Source: Octopus bimaculoides (Eukaryota). Taken from it: DNA of 64,000 bases. The stretch covers positions 11,330,487 to 11,394,486 of the forward strand of contig NC_069006.1 of NCBI RefSeq assembly GCF_001194135.2, given 5' to 3'. The translations under genes were made by a program, and so were the position numbers. This document shows positions 50,079 to 62,162 of the stretch, in pieces. Position 1 is the first letter of the stretch, and every line of letters starts with the position of its first letter. The notes under the pieces are model-generated. The model did not search any database and was not told the DNA's origin. It worked only from the letters and a program-made list of their open reading frames with translations.

Positions 50079-53000
50079 CTGTCTCCTTGTCTTGATATTT
50101 ACTGACAGTAAATAAATATTACAGTGTAGTAAAGATAACATGGCAGATCTGGTTTAGGACTGCCATGTTATGTTGGCAAACAATTTTTACTACAAAGTAC
50201 TGTTGCTGAATATCTCACGTTGTGAGATTTAAAAATAGTAATTTACAAATATTACAGTGTTGTCCACTCTGCTGGGTGGTTGGTGTTAGGAAGGGCATCC
50301 AGTCAAAGAAACCCTGCACAAACAGACACAGAAGTCAAGCGCAGGCTTCTGCCTGGCCGGCTCCTGTCAAACCATGCCAGCGATGGAAGGTGGACGTTAA
50401 ATGATGATGACGACAATGATGTTATTACAAACAGTGTTGTTTGTTTGCAATCTTTTGTGAAAAGATGCCCAAATAAAGGGGAAATACCATCTTGTTTGGA
50501 AAAAGTAAAGGTTGTCTACAAAAAGGGCATCTGGCTGTGGAAAATTAGCTTTGATAAACTCTGGCCAACCCATACGAGCATTGTAAAGTGAGCGTTCAAA
50601 CAATAACAATGAGATGTGGAAGTCGATAAATGCATATTTTGCATTTTCTCTTCACTGTATGCCTGTCTCTTTCTCTCTTAGTAATCATGTCTATCTCAAA
50701 CTCTCTCTCTTTCTCTCTTAGTAATCATGTCTATCTCTAACTCTCTCTCTCTCTCTCTTTCTTTCCTCTACATGCAGGAATCAGCCCCAATTCAATGTTT
50801 GTCATTCTACCCGTCTGGTTATGTGGTCTTGTTTGTACATTCGCAGAAACCTTCTCAGGCATCTTTGGTGGAACGTATTTGGCTTTCTATCATTTTTCAC
50901 TGTGCTCTTCCATGTCTCATTGACACAAAGAACTGCTGGTAGAACTATGCTATCATATAGAACTGAAGCTTTGTGTGTAGGTCAACTGTGTTGGAGGACC
51001 CAGTAGTGCACATTCAAATACAGCTGTACATGTTGTAGCATAACATGTCTACACTCTACATGTAGTGTGTCTCTATAGACAGTACATGTTTAGGTTCAGG
51101 GTGTCTATATAGACAGTACATGCTGTAGTGTAGTGTGTCTCTATAGACTGTATATAACTGGATATGTTGTGATAATGCGTGTCCATGTTGACCAGTCGAC
51201 CAAGGGGTTGGTACCTCTCATTAAACTTGAACTATTGATGTTTCCATTCCAGGAAGTGACGTCCCTTGACTTTCATCCATTCCATCAGATCCTCGTCTCT
51301 GGCAGCAAAGATTTCAGTGTGAAATTCTTTGAATTTTCGAAACCCTCAGTGAAAAAAGCTTACAAGAGTATCCAGGTGAGTTTGTTGTTGCTGTTGTTGT
51401 TAATAATGGTGATGGTGGTGATGGCTTGTTGTTGTTGTTAATGATGATGGTGATGATAATAGTTACTGTTGTTGCTGCTATTAATGTTGGTGGTGGCAGC
51501 AGCAGCTCCTAGTTATTGTGAATGATGGTGTTGGTGGTGGCTGCAATTTGTTGTTGTTGGTCTTGGTTCAGACTTGATTGAAAGTAAACCTACTCTCAAA
51601 AGCAATCCAGCCATGACCAACCCTTCATTATTTCAGGCAGACAAAGTGTATATCTACAACTATATTATCTAATATGTCCTTCTCTTTCTGAGATGGGGAA
51701 GTGTTATTTTGGAAGGAGATTTGACTGCTGTTTCTTGCATGTTGGACAACCAGATAAAAGAATGAACAGCAGAGTCAGTCTTAGCGAGATTTCAAACCAA
51801 GTCATAAATATTTTCTATTTTATCGGTACAGGATTATTCGTCTATCATCCATTTAATTCCCACTGGCAAACATAAAACCAAGATGGGACACCATGATGTG
51901 ATAAAAATTCGTTGAATAACCTATGCTCCCAGTGCTAATTGACCAATCAAATATGTTGTGTGATAATGACAGTAAAAGTGAAGTGAAGTCTCTCTTGGCT
52001 CCCTACAACTCAAGGAGTCAGTTTCCCAATTTCCATGGCGTTTAGACAACTGAGATCACAACAAGAGGCCACTCTGTCACAAAGTTACTCATTTACAGGT
52101 TGAGTGGATTGGAGCAATATGAAATGAAATGTCTTGCTCAAGGACGCAATGCATTGCCTGCTCCAGGAATTGAAATTGCAATCACAAGATCATGGGTACA
52201 ATACCCTAACTACGAAACAACATGCCTTCATGGGGTGTTGATAGCAGTTAAAATAGCCAAAATAAAGTACAGCATCTCACTCTGTATGGGGTGTAGTTGG
52301 TAACATAGTCACCCACGAAGTAAGGGAGATTCATCGTTCTAATTACACCACTGATTCTGTTGCTCAATGATGTTATTACAAACAGTGTTGTTTGTTTGCA
52401 GTCTCCTGTGAAAAGATGCCCAAATAAAGGGGAAATACCATCTTGTTTGGAAATAAGTAAAGATTGTCCACAAAAAGGGCATCTGGCTGTGGAAAATTAG
52501 CTTTGATAAACTCTGGACAACCCATGCGAGTAGTATAAAGTGGGCGTTCAAACAATAACAATGAGATGTGGAGGTCAATAAATGCATCTTTTGCATTTTC
52601 TCTTCACTGTATGCCTGTCTCTCTCTTTCTCTCTTAGTAATCATGTCTATGTCTAACTCTCTCTCTTTCTCTCTTAGTAATCATGTGTCTCTAACTCTCT
52701 CTCTCTCTCTTTCCTCTACATGCAGGAATCAGCCCCAGTTCGATGTTTGTCATTCCACCCGTCTGGAGAGTATATATTGGTTGGAACACAACATCCTGTG
52801 CGTAAGTAACTTTTAATCTTTGTGGTATACGATTCATCCAGAAGATGGACATTGTATGAATTTGTAAACCTGTCTGACCTTCCTCACACCTCATTCACTA
52901 CTGTGGGTTGGTGATGATGGCAGTGTTTGTGGGGATGTCAGAAAATATTCTTTCGTAAAATACAGGGTGGCCCAAAAATAGGTTCACAGTTATCACGTAG

Positions 53001-55078
53001 ACATTTTAAATTTCTTTTAACACACTTTATTACATTTAAATTTCTATCTTACAAACTGAAAAGAGAGCTTGACAAAATTAACTAAATTAGCATAGAATAA
53101 TGGTTTCATATTTTTTTTATAATTAAGATCTAAACTGTTAATATATGAATGTGAAAGAGATAGTTGAAGAACTGTAAACCTACTTTTGTGCCACCCTGTG
53201 TATTCTTCATCTCATTTGCATCTGACTTCCACTCACACTCTCCTCATTTTCTGCTTCCCTAAGACACAACTCACTTCTTCACTAATACTCAACTCTCTCT
53301 CTCTCTCTCTCCTCTTCATTCAGTTCTTTTTATATCGTCTTAGAAATTCCTTTATACGTATGCACACACGCATGCATACACGCACACACAACCACCGTAT
53401 GTTATACATGCAACATGCATAATGAGTGCAATCTCTATCTATTACATACACAGTACCACTGTCAAACACACACACACTTTCACTGTCTCTTACTCACACA
53501 CATACATATACACTGTATATTAAACACACATGCACACACAATCACTATTACATACATACACAAACTCACTTTTATATATACTCACCCACACTCTCAGTCT
53601 GTTTACCCACACTCACACACACATACTATCTATTGCACACACAAACACATACACACACACATGCTATCTGTTACACAAACACACATACACACACACATGC
53701 TATCTGTTACACATAAACACGCACATACACACACATACACACACACACACATGCTTTCTGTTACACACACAAACACGCATATGCACACACACTCATTAAA
53801 TCAGTTTACTTACATTCATCCTTACCTGTTGTTATTGTTATTACCTTTGGAGTAAATTAATTAACTCACCTGTCGAAGTTCTCTTCTCATCTTCCTACAG
53901 TACGACTGTATGATGTCAATACATTCCAGTGTTTCGTCTCAGGCAATCCAGCTGACCAACATGTTGGACCAGTAACATCGGTAAACATCTACGTAACATA
54001 ATCCTCTGAGTAACGATGGGGGGTGGGGAGTTTTTATATGAGGTGTTTTATGTGTTTGTTTGTTTTTTGTGTTACCTTCACTTTACATCAATGCCAGCTA
54101 CTACTACTATTACAACCACACTACTACTGCACCTCACTACCACCACTAAAGTTCCCCACCCTCACTACTACAATACCCTGTCAACACCACTACAGTACTA
54201 TTACCACAACAACAGTACTCCAACCATTTCCATTATAGTATCACATTCACTACTACAATAGCTACCTATGTATCATACTCAATGTATACACACTGTTGAT
54301 TGACCAGTTAAGATAAAAAGATCCTCTTTGGTAATGAGTGACCATGAGACTGCACCTAGAAAGTTCCCCTCCAAGGCACCAGTCTGGGTATGGTGGTTTT
54401 GTGGAAGACCAGCAGTCGCCCATGCATACCAGCCTCCCCTCTTCGTGACACTGATGTCATCCAAGGGAAAGGCAAAGGGGCCGATACAGCTTGGCACCAG
54501 TGATGTCGCAACTCATTTCTACAGCTGAGTGAACTGGAGCAACGTGAAATAAAGTGTCTTGCTCAAGACCACAACACACAGTCTGATCCAGGGATTGAAC
54601 TCACTACCTCACAATTTTAAGCATGACTTTCTAACCACTGAGCCATGCACTTACCATAGATCAGTTACTATAGCATTTATCCTGAGACATCATCTCTTAT
54701 AGGTATGCTGTGTTAAAAACATACTACTACAGTACCACCACCAATACTACAGTACCCCAGAACCCACACCAGTTCTCTATTCTACCACTAATATACATTA
54801 TTGACTCACCTATATCGGTGTTGTGACCCCTATCTCTTCTATCATAATGTGTCTTATTTACAGCAGGGGTTCAGACCTCATAAGTAACACTGTGAAGAGG
54901 GTGCTTTATTAGACTCGTAGACCTCACTCATGGTCACAGACAGACCCAGGAGGGGATTAACAGCAAACAATGAGTCTTGGCTTCTGACTCCTCCCTGCAC
55001 CCCCGTTATCAACCTCAGAGCTTCTTTAGCAGGAGTCATGGGTGCTGCCCACACTTTTGTAAAAACTAACAAACAAAT

Positions 55079-55114
<36 letters not shown>

Positions 55115-56718
55115 TCTCATGATATACACAGACATCTCAAAGGTAAATAGACATCATTTTTGGAAGATTTGTTTCTGGAAACAAAATGATGTAATTTGAT
55201 GCGTTTAATCCTGACCAAGTGTTCTACCTGTTTTATGTTAAAACCAGTCAGATCCGATCTCTCACACCTACCCTACACTGTCATTATTGAAAATAAAGTT
55301 ATATTGTCAAGCCCTCGAAGCTATGAGATAAGGCAGTATTAATTGAAAACAATGTGAATATAAATACGTATTATATTTGGCAGTAATTTGAGTGCTGGTC
55401 TCATTTGCCAATAAGTAATTATGACGTCTTCTACAGGGTGTTCAAAAAGGTCTCTCCACAGTGAAATCAACCTAGGAAGTGCTCACATGGCAGTAAAAAA
55501 GAAATTAAATTTTATGTATTGAAAACAAAGCATGACAATCTCAAAACCCCTTATAAAGTTTTTTAAAGTCTTGTAAAGTCTAATATATTCTTTTGTAGTC
55601 TTATTCTATGCTATAAATATTTTGCAATAAAATACTTACTGCAGAGAGAGTTTTTGAACATCCTGTAGAAACCGAGGTAAATTTTAATAAATTGTGTTGT
55701 ACAGTATTTAATATATCTGCAACTGTTTATATTGTGTGTGTGTGTAAATTCTAAACAATATGAATAAATAAGCATTACATTTGTCAGGGTAATCTAAATG
55801 CTAACAGGTTTAACCCTTTAACATTTAAACTGGCCATATCCAGTTCAAATATTCTACCTGTTTTATGTTCAAAGTTACCAGATCCAGCCTCTCACACGTA
55901 CTCTACAATGTCATACTAAAATTAAACAGTCACATCATTGAAATCTCAAATCTACAAGATAATTGCATGATTAATCCAAAACAATGTGAATAAATAAGTA
56001 TTACATTTGACAGAGTAATCATCATCATCATCATCATCATCATTTAACATCCGTTGTCCATGCTGGCATGGGTTGGACGGTTTGACCAGGGCTGGTAAGC
56101 TGGAAGGCTGCACCAGACTCCAGTCTGATTTGGCACAGTTTTCTACAGCTGGATGCCCTTCCTAACGCCAACCACTCTGAAAGTATAAAGGGTGCTTTTA
56201 TGTGCCATTTGAGTGACACCAATTTTACTTGGCTTGATGGGTCTTCTTCTCAAACACGCCATAATGTCAAAGGTCTCAGTCATTGCCTCCATGAGGCACA
56301 ACACTCAAAAGGAACTCAGCCGCAATGCTAAAGGGTTAAATAATTTAAATCCTTAATCTAGCATTTAGACATGCTTTATACAGTTTTTAATGATTTCCCT
56401 CATTTGGACATCATACTAACGAGTAGGGGCCTGGCTCTCAGTCAGTTACAAAGGTTCCAGTTGATCTAATCAACAGAACAGCCTGCTCATGAAATTATCA
56501 TGCAAGTGGCTGAGTACTCCACAGACGTGTACCATTAATGTAGTTCTCAGGAAGATTCAGTGTGACACAAAATGTGACAAGGCTGGGTGGACAAGGCTAG
56601 CTGAGTGGAATTGAACTCATGCCCTTACAATCGTAACCTGAATACCCTAACCATTAAACCAAACCTCTTCACAACAAGTAGTGTGTGTACAGATAAAACT
56701 GTATAATGAGAAGTGTCT

Positions 56719-56756
<38 letters not shown>

Positions 56757-57216
56757 CACACGTGTATAGAATCAGATAGACGTATCCAGACAAGCTCCAA
56801 CATGTTCACCCACAGATGCCCACACATCACACAGACATATTACATTTACACAACTACATACACACACACACTCACACACAACCAGACACTCATAGAGATC
56901 CAGACCCATCTAAACATTCACACACGCGCACACACTCAGATATGTAGATGGCACAATGCTCCACCAGGAATCGAACTCGGGACCTTATGCTTGTGGTCTG
57001 AACACCCTAACCACTAAGCTACGCACCTTCACAATGAATAGCGTATAGGCACAGGAGTGGCTGTGTGGTAAGTAGTTTGCTTACCAACCCCATGGTTCTG
57101 GGTTCAGTTCCACTGTGTGGCACCCTGAACAAGTGTCTTCTGCTATAGCCTCAGGCTGACCAAAGCCTTGTGAGTGGATTTGGTAGACGGAAACTGAAAG
57201 AAGCCCATCATATATA

Positions 57217-57255
<39 letters not shown>

Positions 57256-60200
57256 TATATATCTCATCATCATTATCATTTAACGTCCGTTTTCCATGCT
57301 GGCATGGGTTGGACAGTTTGACTGAGGTCTGGAAAGTCAGAAGGCTGCACCAGGCTCCAATCTGATCTGGCAAGGTTTCTACAGTTGGATGCCCTTCCTA
57401 ACACCAACTACTCTGAGAGTATAGTGGGTGCTTTTTACGTGCCACCGGCACAGGAGTCAGCCAGGGAAAACTGGCATCGATCGCATTTGGATGGTGCTTT
57501 TTATGTGCCACCAGCACGGGAGCCAGTCAGGAGGCACTGGCATCGGCCATGTTTGGATGATGCTTGGTTCTATATATATATGCATACTATCGGTTTCTTT
57601 TGCTGAACTGCTAAGTTATGGGGACATAAACACACCAATATCGGTTGTCAAGTGATGGTAGGGGGAGAAACACAGACACATAAACATATGCATATATATA
57701 TAGAACCAAGCATCATCCAAACATGGCCGATGCCTTTAGTCAAGTAAATCGACACCAGGACTTATTCACTTATTCTTTGTAAACCTAGTACTTACAAAGA
57801 ATAAGTGAATAAGTCCTGGTGTCGATTTACTTGACTAAAGGCAGTGCTCCAGCATGGCTGCAGTCACATGACTGAAACAAAAGAAATACAGGAAAAAACT
57901 ATACTGGAAGGGTGTCTATTTATTTTTGAGCTGTCTGTGCATATGCATCTGTCTTTTATATGATGACAAGTGTGATGACATGGCTACATTGTCTTCTTGC
58001 TACACCACTCAGCCCTAACTCATGAATTCACCTTCCCTTTCACTCAGTTGTTTTGGGGTTTCTAGTGGACCCCACAGTTCTGTTCCCCCTCCATACACAC
58101 ACACATGCGTATAATACAGACGTATTGTTTTATCCTTGTATTTCTGTATTTGTTGCTGTTCTTCACTATTTTTCCTCAATTTCTTTCAGGTGAGATGGAG
58201 TCCCAACGCTCACCTGTATGTGACCAGTTCTAAAGATGGGGACCTCAAACTGTGGGATGGTGTCAGTAATAAATGCATCAACACATTCAAACATGCCCAT
58301 GAGGGGCAGGAAGTCTGTTCGGCTGTGTTCTCCAGGAATTCTAAGGTATGATGATTCATTCTCCTCCTTTCATTTCCATATCTCTCTCTCTCTCTTTGTC
58401 TCCCCTCTCTCACCCCTTGTCTCCCCTCTCTCTTTTCCGCCTCTCTCTCCACTTCCCCCTCTCTTCTCCCCTTCTCCCTCCCCTTTTCTTCCTTCCCCTC
58501 TCTTCTCCCTTCCCTCCTTTCTCCCCTCTCCTCACATCTCTCCCCTTTCTCCCCTCTCTCCTGTCTTCCTTTTTCCCTCCTCCCCTCTCCCCGTTTCTCC
58601 GTCTATCCCTCTCTCTTTATTACCAGTCTCTATATTTCCTACATACAACATAGACAAACATAGATAGACAAACATACGTTTATAAGTATAGTCTGTATAT
58701 ATATGCGCAGCCATGGCTGTGTGGTTAAGAAGCTCACTTTGCAACGACGTGATTTCAGGTTCGATCCCACTGCATGGCATCTTGGACAAATATCTTCAAC
58801 TATAGTCCCAAACAACCAACTGATGCCCTGTGAGTGAATTTGGTAGACAGAAATTGGGTGGAAATGCATCTTGTGTGTGTCTTTGTATTTGCGTTTATCA
58901 TGCATACTCGCTGTTTGATAACAAGTGTTTGTTTGTTTACATCCCCGTAATTTACCGATTGGGCAAAAGAGAACTGTAGAATAAGTCCCAGACTTCCAAC
59001 AAAACACACAAGTGCAAGGGTTGATCTGTATGACTAAAACCCTTCAAGGTGATGCCCCAGTATGGTCGCAGTCCGATAACTAAACCGAGTTAAGAATAAA
59101 CGTTATATATATATCTATGTGTGTGTGAATGCAATTGAGGGGTAGACGTAAAATGTTACCTCGAATACGTATCCGTCCAACCCATGCTAGTGTGGCAAAA
59201 TGGATGTTAAGTGAATGCACGAATAATTACGTTGTTTAAGCCTCTGAGAACGTCGGCAAGTAATTTTCTCCCTTTACTTACAGTCACTATAAGCCACATT
59301 AAAAATTTTGAGCAAAATCCGTTTTCATAGCACCCAACAGTTATCTCCCTTTAGTAAACTCTATATTGAGCCTCTCCAGAAATTTCAAGGAAGCCTCGGA
59401 AGGGGTTGTGAGTTTTGAACAAAACAGAGGATAGCTAAATTGCTATGCTTTAACTTTCTCCATCTTCATTATGAAGAAAGAATATATGTATATGTAACAT
59501 TATCAAGTTCCCTTAATTGGTGCAGTCAGTCATTGGGGTGTCACTCTAGATGCTTCTGCAGTCAGCCTTCACCACTGATCTCTTTTCTCTGTCATGCATA
59601 GGGAGTTCGCTGTGTTGTGACCTTTCCAGTCCTTGATCTGGTCAGACCCCGGGTTTTCTCTGTCTGCCTCGTTTTCTTTCACCTTAACAAGATGGGGTTT
59701 TTTTAACTGGGAGTATGACAGGATACAGGACTGTACCAGGCAAGCGTCTGTCTTTTTACCTGTGCAAAGAGTGGTTCCTGTCTGCTGGTGTCTTTGTTGA
59801 TTTGCTGCTTGACAAAGCCGTCCATTTTGTGTTCTGTGTTTGCGATGTGAAGCACTTGTGCTGAAATATCTAGATTCTTAACTCCATGTCAGTTGTAAGA
59901 ATGTAAGGAAACTAACACCAGTTGTCAAATGACAGTGCTGGGAGAGCATACACACACACACACACACACGGAGTGGTATATATATATATCTATATATATA
60001 TATATCTATATATATATACATATATATATATATANNNNNNNNNNNNNNNNNNNNNNNNNNNNNNNNNNNNNNNNNNNNNNNNNNNNNNNNNNNNNNNNNN
60101 NNNNNNNNNNNNNNNNNNNNNNNNNNNNNNNNNNNNNNNNNNNNNNNNNNNNNNNNNNNNNNNNNNNNNNNNNNNNNNNNNNNNNNNNNNNNNNNNNNNN

Positions 60201-60467
60201 NNNNNNNNNNNNNNNNNNNNNNNNNNNNNNNNNNNNNNNNNNNNNNNNNNNNNNNNNNNNNNNNNNNNNNNNNNNNNNNNNNNNNNNNNNNNNNNNNNNN
60301 NNNNNNNNNNNNNNNNNNNNNNNNNNNNNNNNNNNNNNNNNNNNNNNNNNNNNNNNNNNNNNNNNNNNNNNNNNNNNNNNNNNNNNNNNNNNNNNNNNNN
60401 NNNNNNNNNNNNNNNNNNNNNNNNNNNNNNNNNNNNNNNNNNNNNNNNNNNNNNNNNNNNNNNNNNN

Positions 60468-60513
<46 letters not shown>

Positions 60514-60829
60514 CATGGGTTTGACACAATTTCTGTCTACCAAATTCAGTCACAAGGCATTGGAATGGGACTGAACTTGAAACCACATGGATGCAAACTG
60601 ACCTTCTTAACCACACGGCCATGCTACATACACTCACACACATTCTTAATCAAAGACTTGTTATTGCTGTCTTGTATGTTTCAGTATATCTTGTCAAGTG
60701 GTAAAGATTCCTTGGTCCGGCTGTGGGAATTGTCTACGAATCGATGCCTCATCATTTACACTGGAGCTGGTGCCACCGGTAAGATGGAGCATCGAAGTCA
60801 GACAGTTTTTAATCACACAGAAGACTACG
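24916..60829 (+). CDS. CSTF1: Cleavage stimulation factor subunit 1 (CstF-50), spliced; 3' end incomplete. join(24916..24968,30773..30900,42949..43026,45037..45129,47698..47738,49092..49214,51253..51375,52726..52801,53901..53980,58190..58345,60685..60829)
   Basis: Spliced translation is colinear with metazoan CstF-50 as recalled: N-terminal dimerisation motif ([16 protein letters not shown]), [75 protein letters not shown]. All ten introns are GT-AG with compatible phases; 1096 nt coding in the window. Confidence 0.96.
25983..26242. mobile_element. hAT-like MITE
   Basis: TIR CAGTGGTTCCCAAA/TTTGGGAACCACTG; TSD ATCTAAAC/ATCTAAAA (7 of 8). Confidence 0.85.
27845..27881 (+). ncRNA. Minimal hammerhead-like motif with variant core, CSTF1 intron 1
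   Basis: TCTTT-CTGTTGA-A-GAGC gta GCTC-GAAAC-GTC-AAAGA; core position A6 is T. Confidence 0.55.
28137..28885 (-). mobile_element. Internally deleted mariner element
   Basis: Minus-strand HTH segment ([21 protein letters not shown]...KLG) and C-terminal [27 protein letters not shown]. Confidence 0.75.
30393..30723. mobile_element. hAT-like MITE ending 49 bp before CSTF1 exon 2
   Basis: TIR CAGGGCTGGCCAA/TTGGCCAGGCCTG; perfect TSD CTCTTGTG at 30385-30392 and 30724-30731. Confidence 0.85.
30773..30900 (+). CDS. CSTF1: CSTF1 coding exon 2 ([42 protein letters not shown])
   Basis: TTGTAG| acceptor, G|GTATGT donor, 128 nt, phases 2/1. Missed by the ORF track. Confidence 0.92.
30950..31093. mobile_element. 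Small MITE (PIF/Harbinger-like) starting 49 bp after CSTF1 exon 2
   Basis: 13-bp inverted termini CACTAGTGTAGCT/AGCTACACTAGTG; superfamily assignment is tentative. Confidence 0.55.
31775..31810 (+). ncRNA. Minimal hammerhead-like motif, CSTF1 intron 2
   Basis: CTGAAGA-A-GAGC tat GCTC-GAAAC-GTA; core intact, stem I weak. Confidence 0.5.
32060..32395 (+). mobile_element. RTE-clade LINE ORF 3' end; other RTE pieces at about 15060-15560 - and 59530-59860 -
   Basis: [21 protein letters not shown]...[14 protein letters not shown] is the typical RTE C-terminus. Confidence 0.8.
40470..40870 (-). mobile_element. Tc1/mariner transposase N-terminal relic (DUF4817-like HTH, rosa-type)
   Basis: ERVEIVEAY...FNVKFPG...[11 protein letters not shown]...STCKL...HIS...ILK.LKLKPY. 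Confidence 0.65.
41539..41584 (+). ncRNA. Degenerate minimal hammerhead-like motif, CSTF1 intron 2
   Basis: AACAC-CTGATGA-A-GGCTG(10 nt)CAGCC-GAAAC-ATT-GTGGT. Confidence 0.45.
42949..43026 (+). CDS. CSTF1: CSTF1 coding exon 3 ([26 protein letters not shown])
   Basis: Polypyrimidine-TAG acceptor, G|GTAAGT donor, 78 nt, phases 1/1; PGTGIDLE motif. Confidence 0.92.
43912..44924 (+). mobile_element. Tc1-like transposon, near full-length transposase pseudogene (ATG 44043), DD36E catalytic spacing, 3' end lost
   Basis: TA-CAGGAATTGG 5' end; one reading frame from 44043 to 44924 with two TGA stops; motifs [38 protein letters not shown]. Confidence 0.92.
45037..45129 (+). CDS. CSTF1: CSTF1 coding exon 4 ([31 protein letters not shown])
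   Basis: TTTTGCAG| acceptor, G|GTAAGT donor, 93 nt. Confidence 0.93.
45366..45765 (+). mobile_element. tRNA-derived SINE; representative of the most abundant family (e.g. about 17440-17822 -, 21525-21960 +, 31300-31690 -, 47144-47500 +)
   Basis: Pol III box A/box B-like head (GTGGCTGTG(T)GGTAAG...GGGTTCAGTCCC), central CACC(T/C)TGGG(C/T)AAGTGTCTT, internal microsatellite, A-rich tail. Confidence 0.85.
47698..47738 (+). CDS. CSTF1: CSTF1 coding exon 5 ([14 protein letters not shown])
   Basis: TTGCAG| acceptor, AAG|GTAAAG donor, 41 nt; WD40 motif. Confidence 0.93.
48274..48763 (+). mobile_element. Deletion derivative of a rosa (DD41D)-type Tc1/mariner element with intact ends
   Basis: Perfect 27-bp TIR CAGGGTGATTGAAAAGTAACTCCCTAT, TA on both sides; internal [24 protein letters not shown]. 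Confidence 0.88.
49092..49214 (+). CDS. CSTF1: CSTF1 coding exon 6 ([41 protein letters not shown])
   Basis: TTCCAG| acceptor, |GTAAGT donor, 123 nt, phases 0/0. Confidence 0.95.
50778..50818 (+). pseudogene. Truncated duplicate of the 5' half of CSTF1 exon 8, within the ~405-bp duplication 50414-50818 of 52365-52766, in intron 6
   Basis: Same upstream intron sequence and TGCAG| acceptor; encodes [14 protein letters not shown] versus [14 protein letters not shown]; no exon-8 donor. Confidence 0.9.
50817..51003 (-). mobile_element. RTE-clade LINE fragment abutting the duplicated exon
   Basis: Minus-strand [46 protein letters not shown]. Confidence 0.75.
51253..51375 (+). CDS. CSTF1: CSTF1 coding exon 7 ([41 protein letters not shown])
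   Basis: TTCCAG| acceptor, CAG|GTGAGT donor, 123 nt. Confidence 0.95.
52726..52801 (+). CDS. CSTF1: CSTF1 coding exon 8 ([25 protein letters not shown])
   Basis: TGCAG| acceptor, C|GTAAGT donor, 76 nt; [14 protein letters not shown] motif. Confidence 0.94.
52963..53198. mobile_element. Tc1/mariner-type MITE; second copy at 63768-63970
   Basis: TIR CAGGGTGGCCCAAAA/TTTTG(T/G)GCCACCCTG; the two copies have very similar internal sequence. Confidence 0.85.
53901..53980 (+). CDS. CSTF1: CSTF1 coding exon 9 ([27 protein letters not shown])
   Basis: CCTACAG| acceptor, TCG|GTAAAC donor, 80 nt; phase matches exon 10. Confidence 0.92.
55434..55665. mobile_element. Tc1/mariner-type MITE
   Basis: Imperfect TIR CAGGGTGTTCAAAAA/TTTTTGAACATCCTG with TA on both sides. 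Confidence 0.8.
58190..58345 (+). CDS. CSTF1: CSTF1 coding exon 10 ([52 protein letters not shown])
   Basis: TTTCAG| acceptor, AAG|GTATGA donor, 156 nt. Confidence 0.95.
60685..60829 (+). CDS. CSTF1: CSTF1 coding exon 11 ([48 protein letters not shown])
   Basis: TTTCAG| acceptor, G|GTAAGT donor, 145 nt. The following exon was not found in the sequenced part of 60830-64000. Confidence 0.95.
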
Positions 60830-61624
60830 GTAAGTATTTTGTGTGTGTGTGTGTGTTCTTATTATCAGTTTAGTAGACAGCCTGTCTACAGCACAGTTCT
60901 CTCTTAGGGAGCCTCTCTATTGACAAGAGTCCAGTGACTGGTACGGTATGACAGGTAGATGGAGTATCTGTGGTAGGTCAGTCAGTGTCTGTGTGTAGAT
61001 AATTTCACTACTACCCCATCATAGTTTATTGCGTGGTGTGGTAGCTATTCATAATTACTGTGTATTTACTTGTAAGTCAGACCCCTAATTTAATGTTAAA
61101 TCATGGTGCAAAAAATTTCCCCTTCATAGTTTTAGCTTTGCCCCATATATAAGTCACATTCCCATTCTTTCAGTTAAAATCAAATATGAAATAATCTGAC
61201 TTATACATGGATAATTACAGTATCCACACACACATACTCACACACAAACATATACTCTTTCTGTTCATGTATTATAAGTCGCACCTCTAATTTAGTGCCA
61301 AGTTTTGATATGAGATATTTTTCCTTCATATTGTACCTTAATATCAGCTTTGCCCAGTAGATAAATTGCACCCCAGTTTTATCAGTTAAAATCAAATATA
61401 AAACAGAGCGACACACACATACACACACAAAATAATGAAGGCTTGTCACTAATTGCGGTGCCAATATTGATAGAAATAAGTTTTTAAAAAAACCCTTAGT
61501 TTATCTCCCCTGTCAGCATATGCAAATGTGCTTTCTAGCGGCTGTAAGGGTCTTTTAACTGTTATTTCTAGCAATATAGGTTCTACCCAGCAGCCTCAGT
61601 CACAATTAGTGACAACTGAATTAC

Positions 61625-61662
<38 letters not shown>

Positions 61663-62110
61663 AAAACAAATAATAAATGAGTAATAAATACGCACAATTA
61701 AATATGGAACTCTGACAATAGAATGTTCATTGCCATGGTGACATATGAGACTACCATATGATTCCAGGTTCAATCCCACAGTATGACACCCTGGGCAATG
61801 TCTCCTCATATAGTTTCCAGGCTGACCAAAGTTTTGTGAGTGGGTTTGGTAGATGGAAACTTAAAGAAGCCTGTCCAGCATGCCTTGACCATTTAACTCA
61901 GACTTGTTTTTTTTTTATCTCCATCTTTTCTCTCTCCCCATCTTTCTGTTCTAAAGAAGATCAGAGGCTCAAAACATTAAAGGCTTCTTCCATTTTTTTC
62001 TAAGCATCACCCTTAATACTCCTTCTTTGTTGTTCTTTCATCCTGTCTTTGTATTTCCTTTCCTTTTGAACTACATATGTATGTGTGCTTATGTGTGTGT
62101 GTGTGTATAT

Positions 62111-62162
<52 letters not shown>

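Noticed and set aside
56958-57027. tRNA-like sequence on the - strand with box A and box B
   Set aside because: The acceptor stem does not pair; it matches the tRNA-derived head of a SINE family seen elsewhere (e.g. about 49348).
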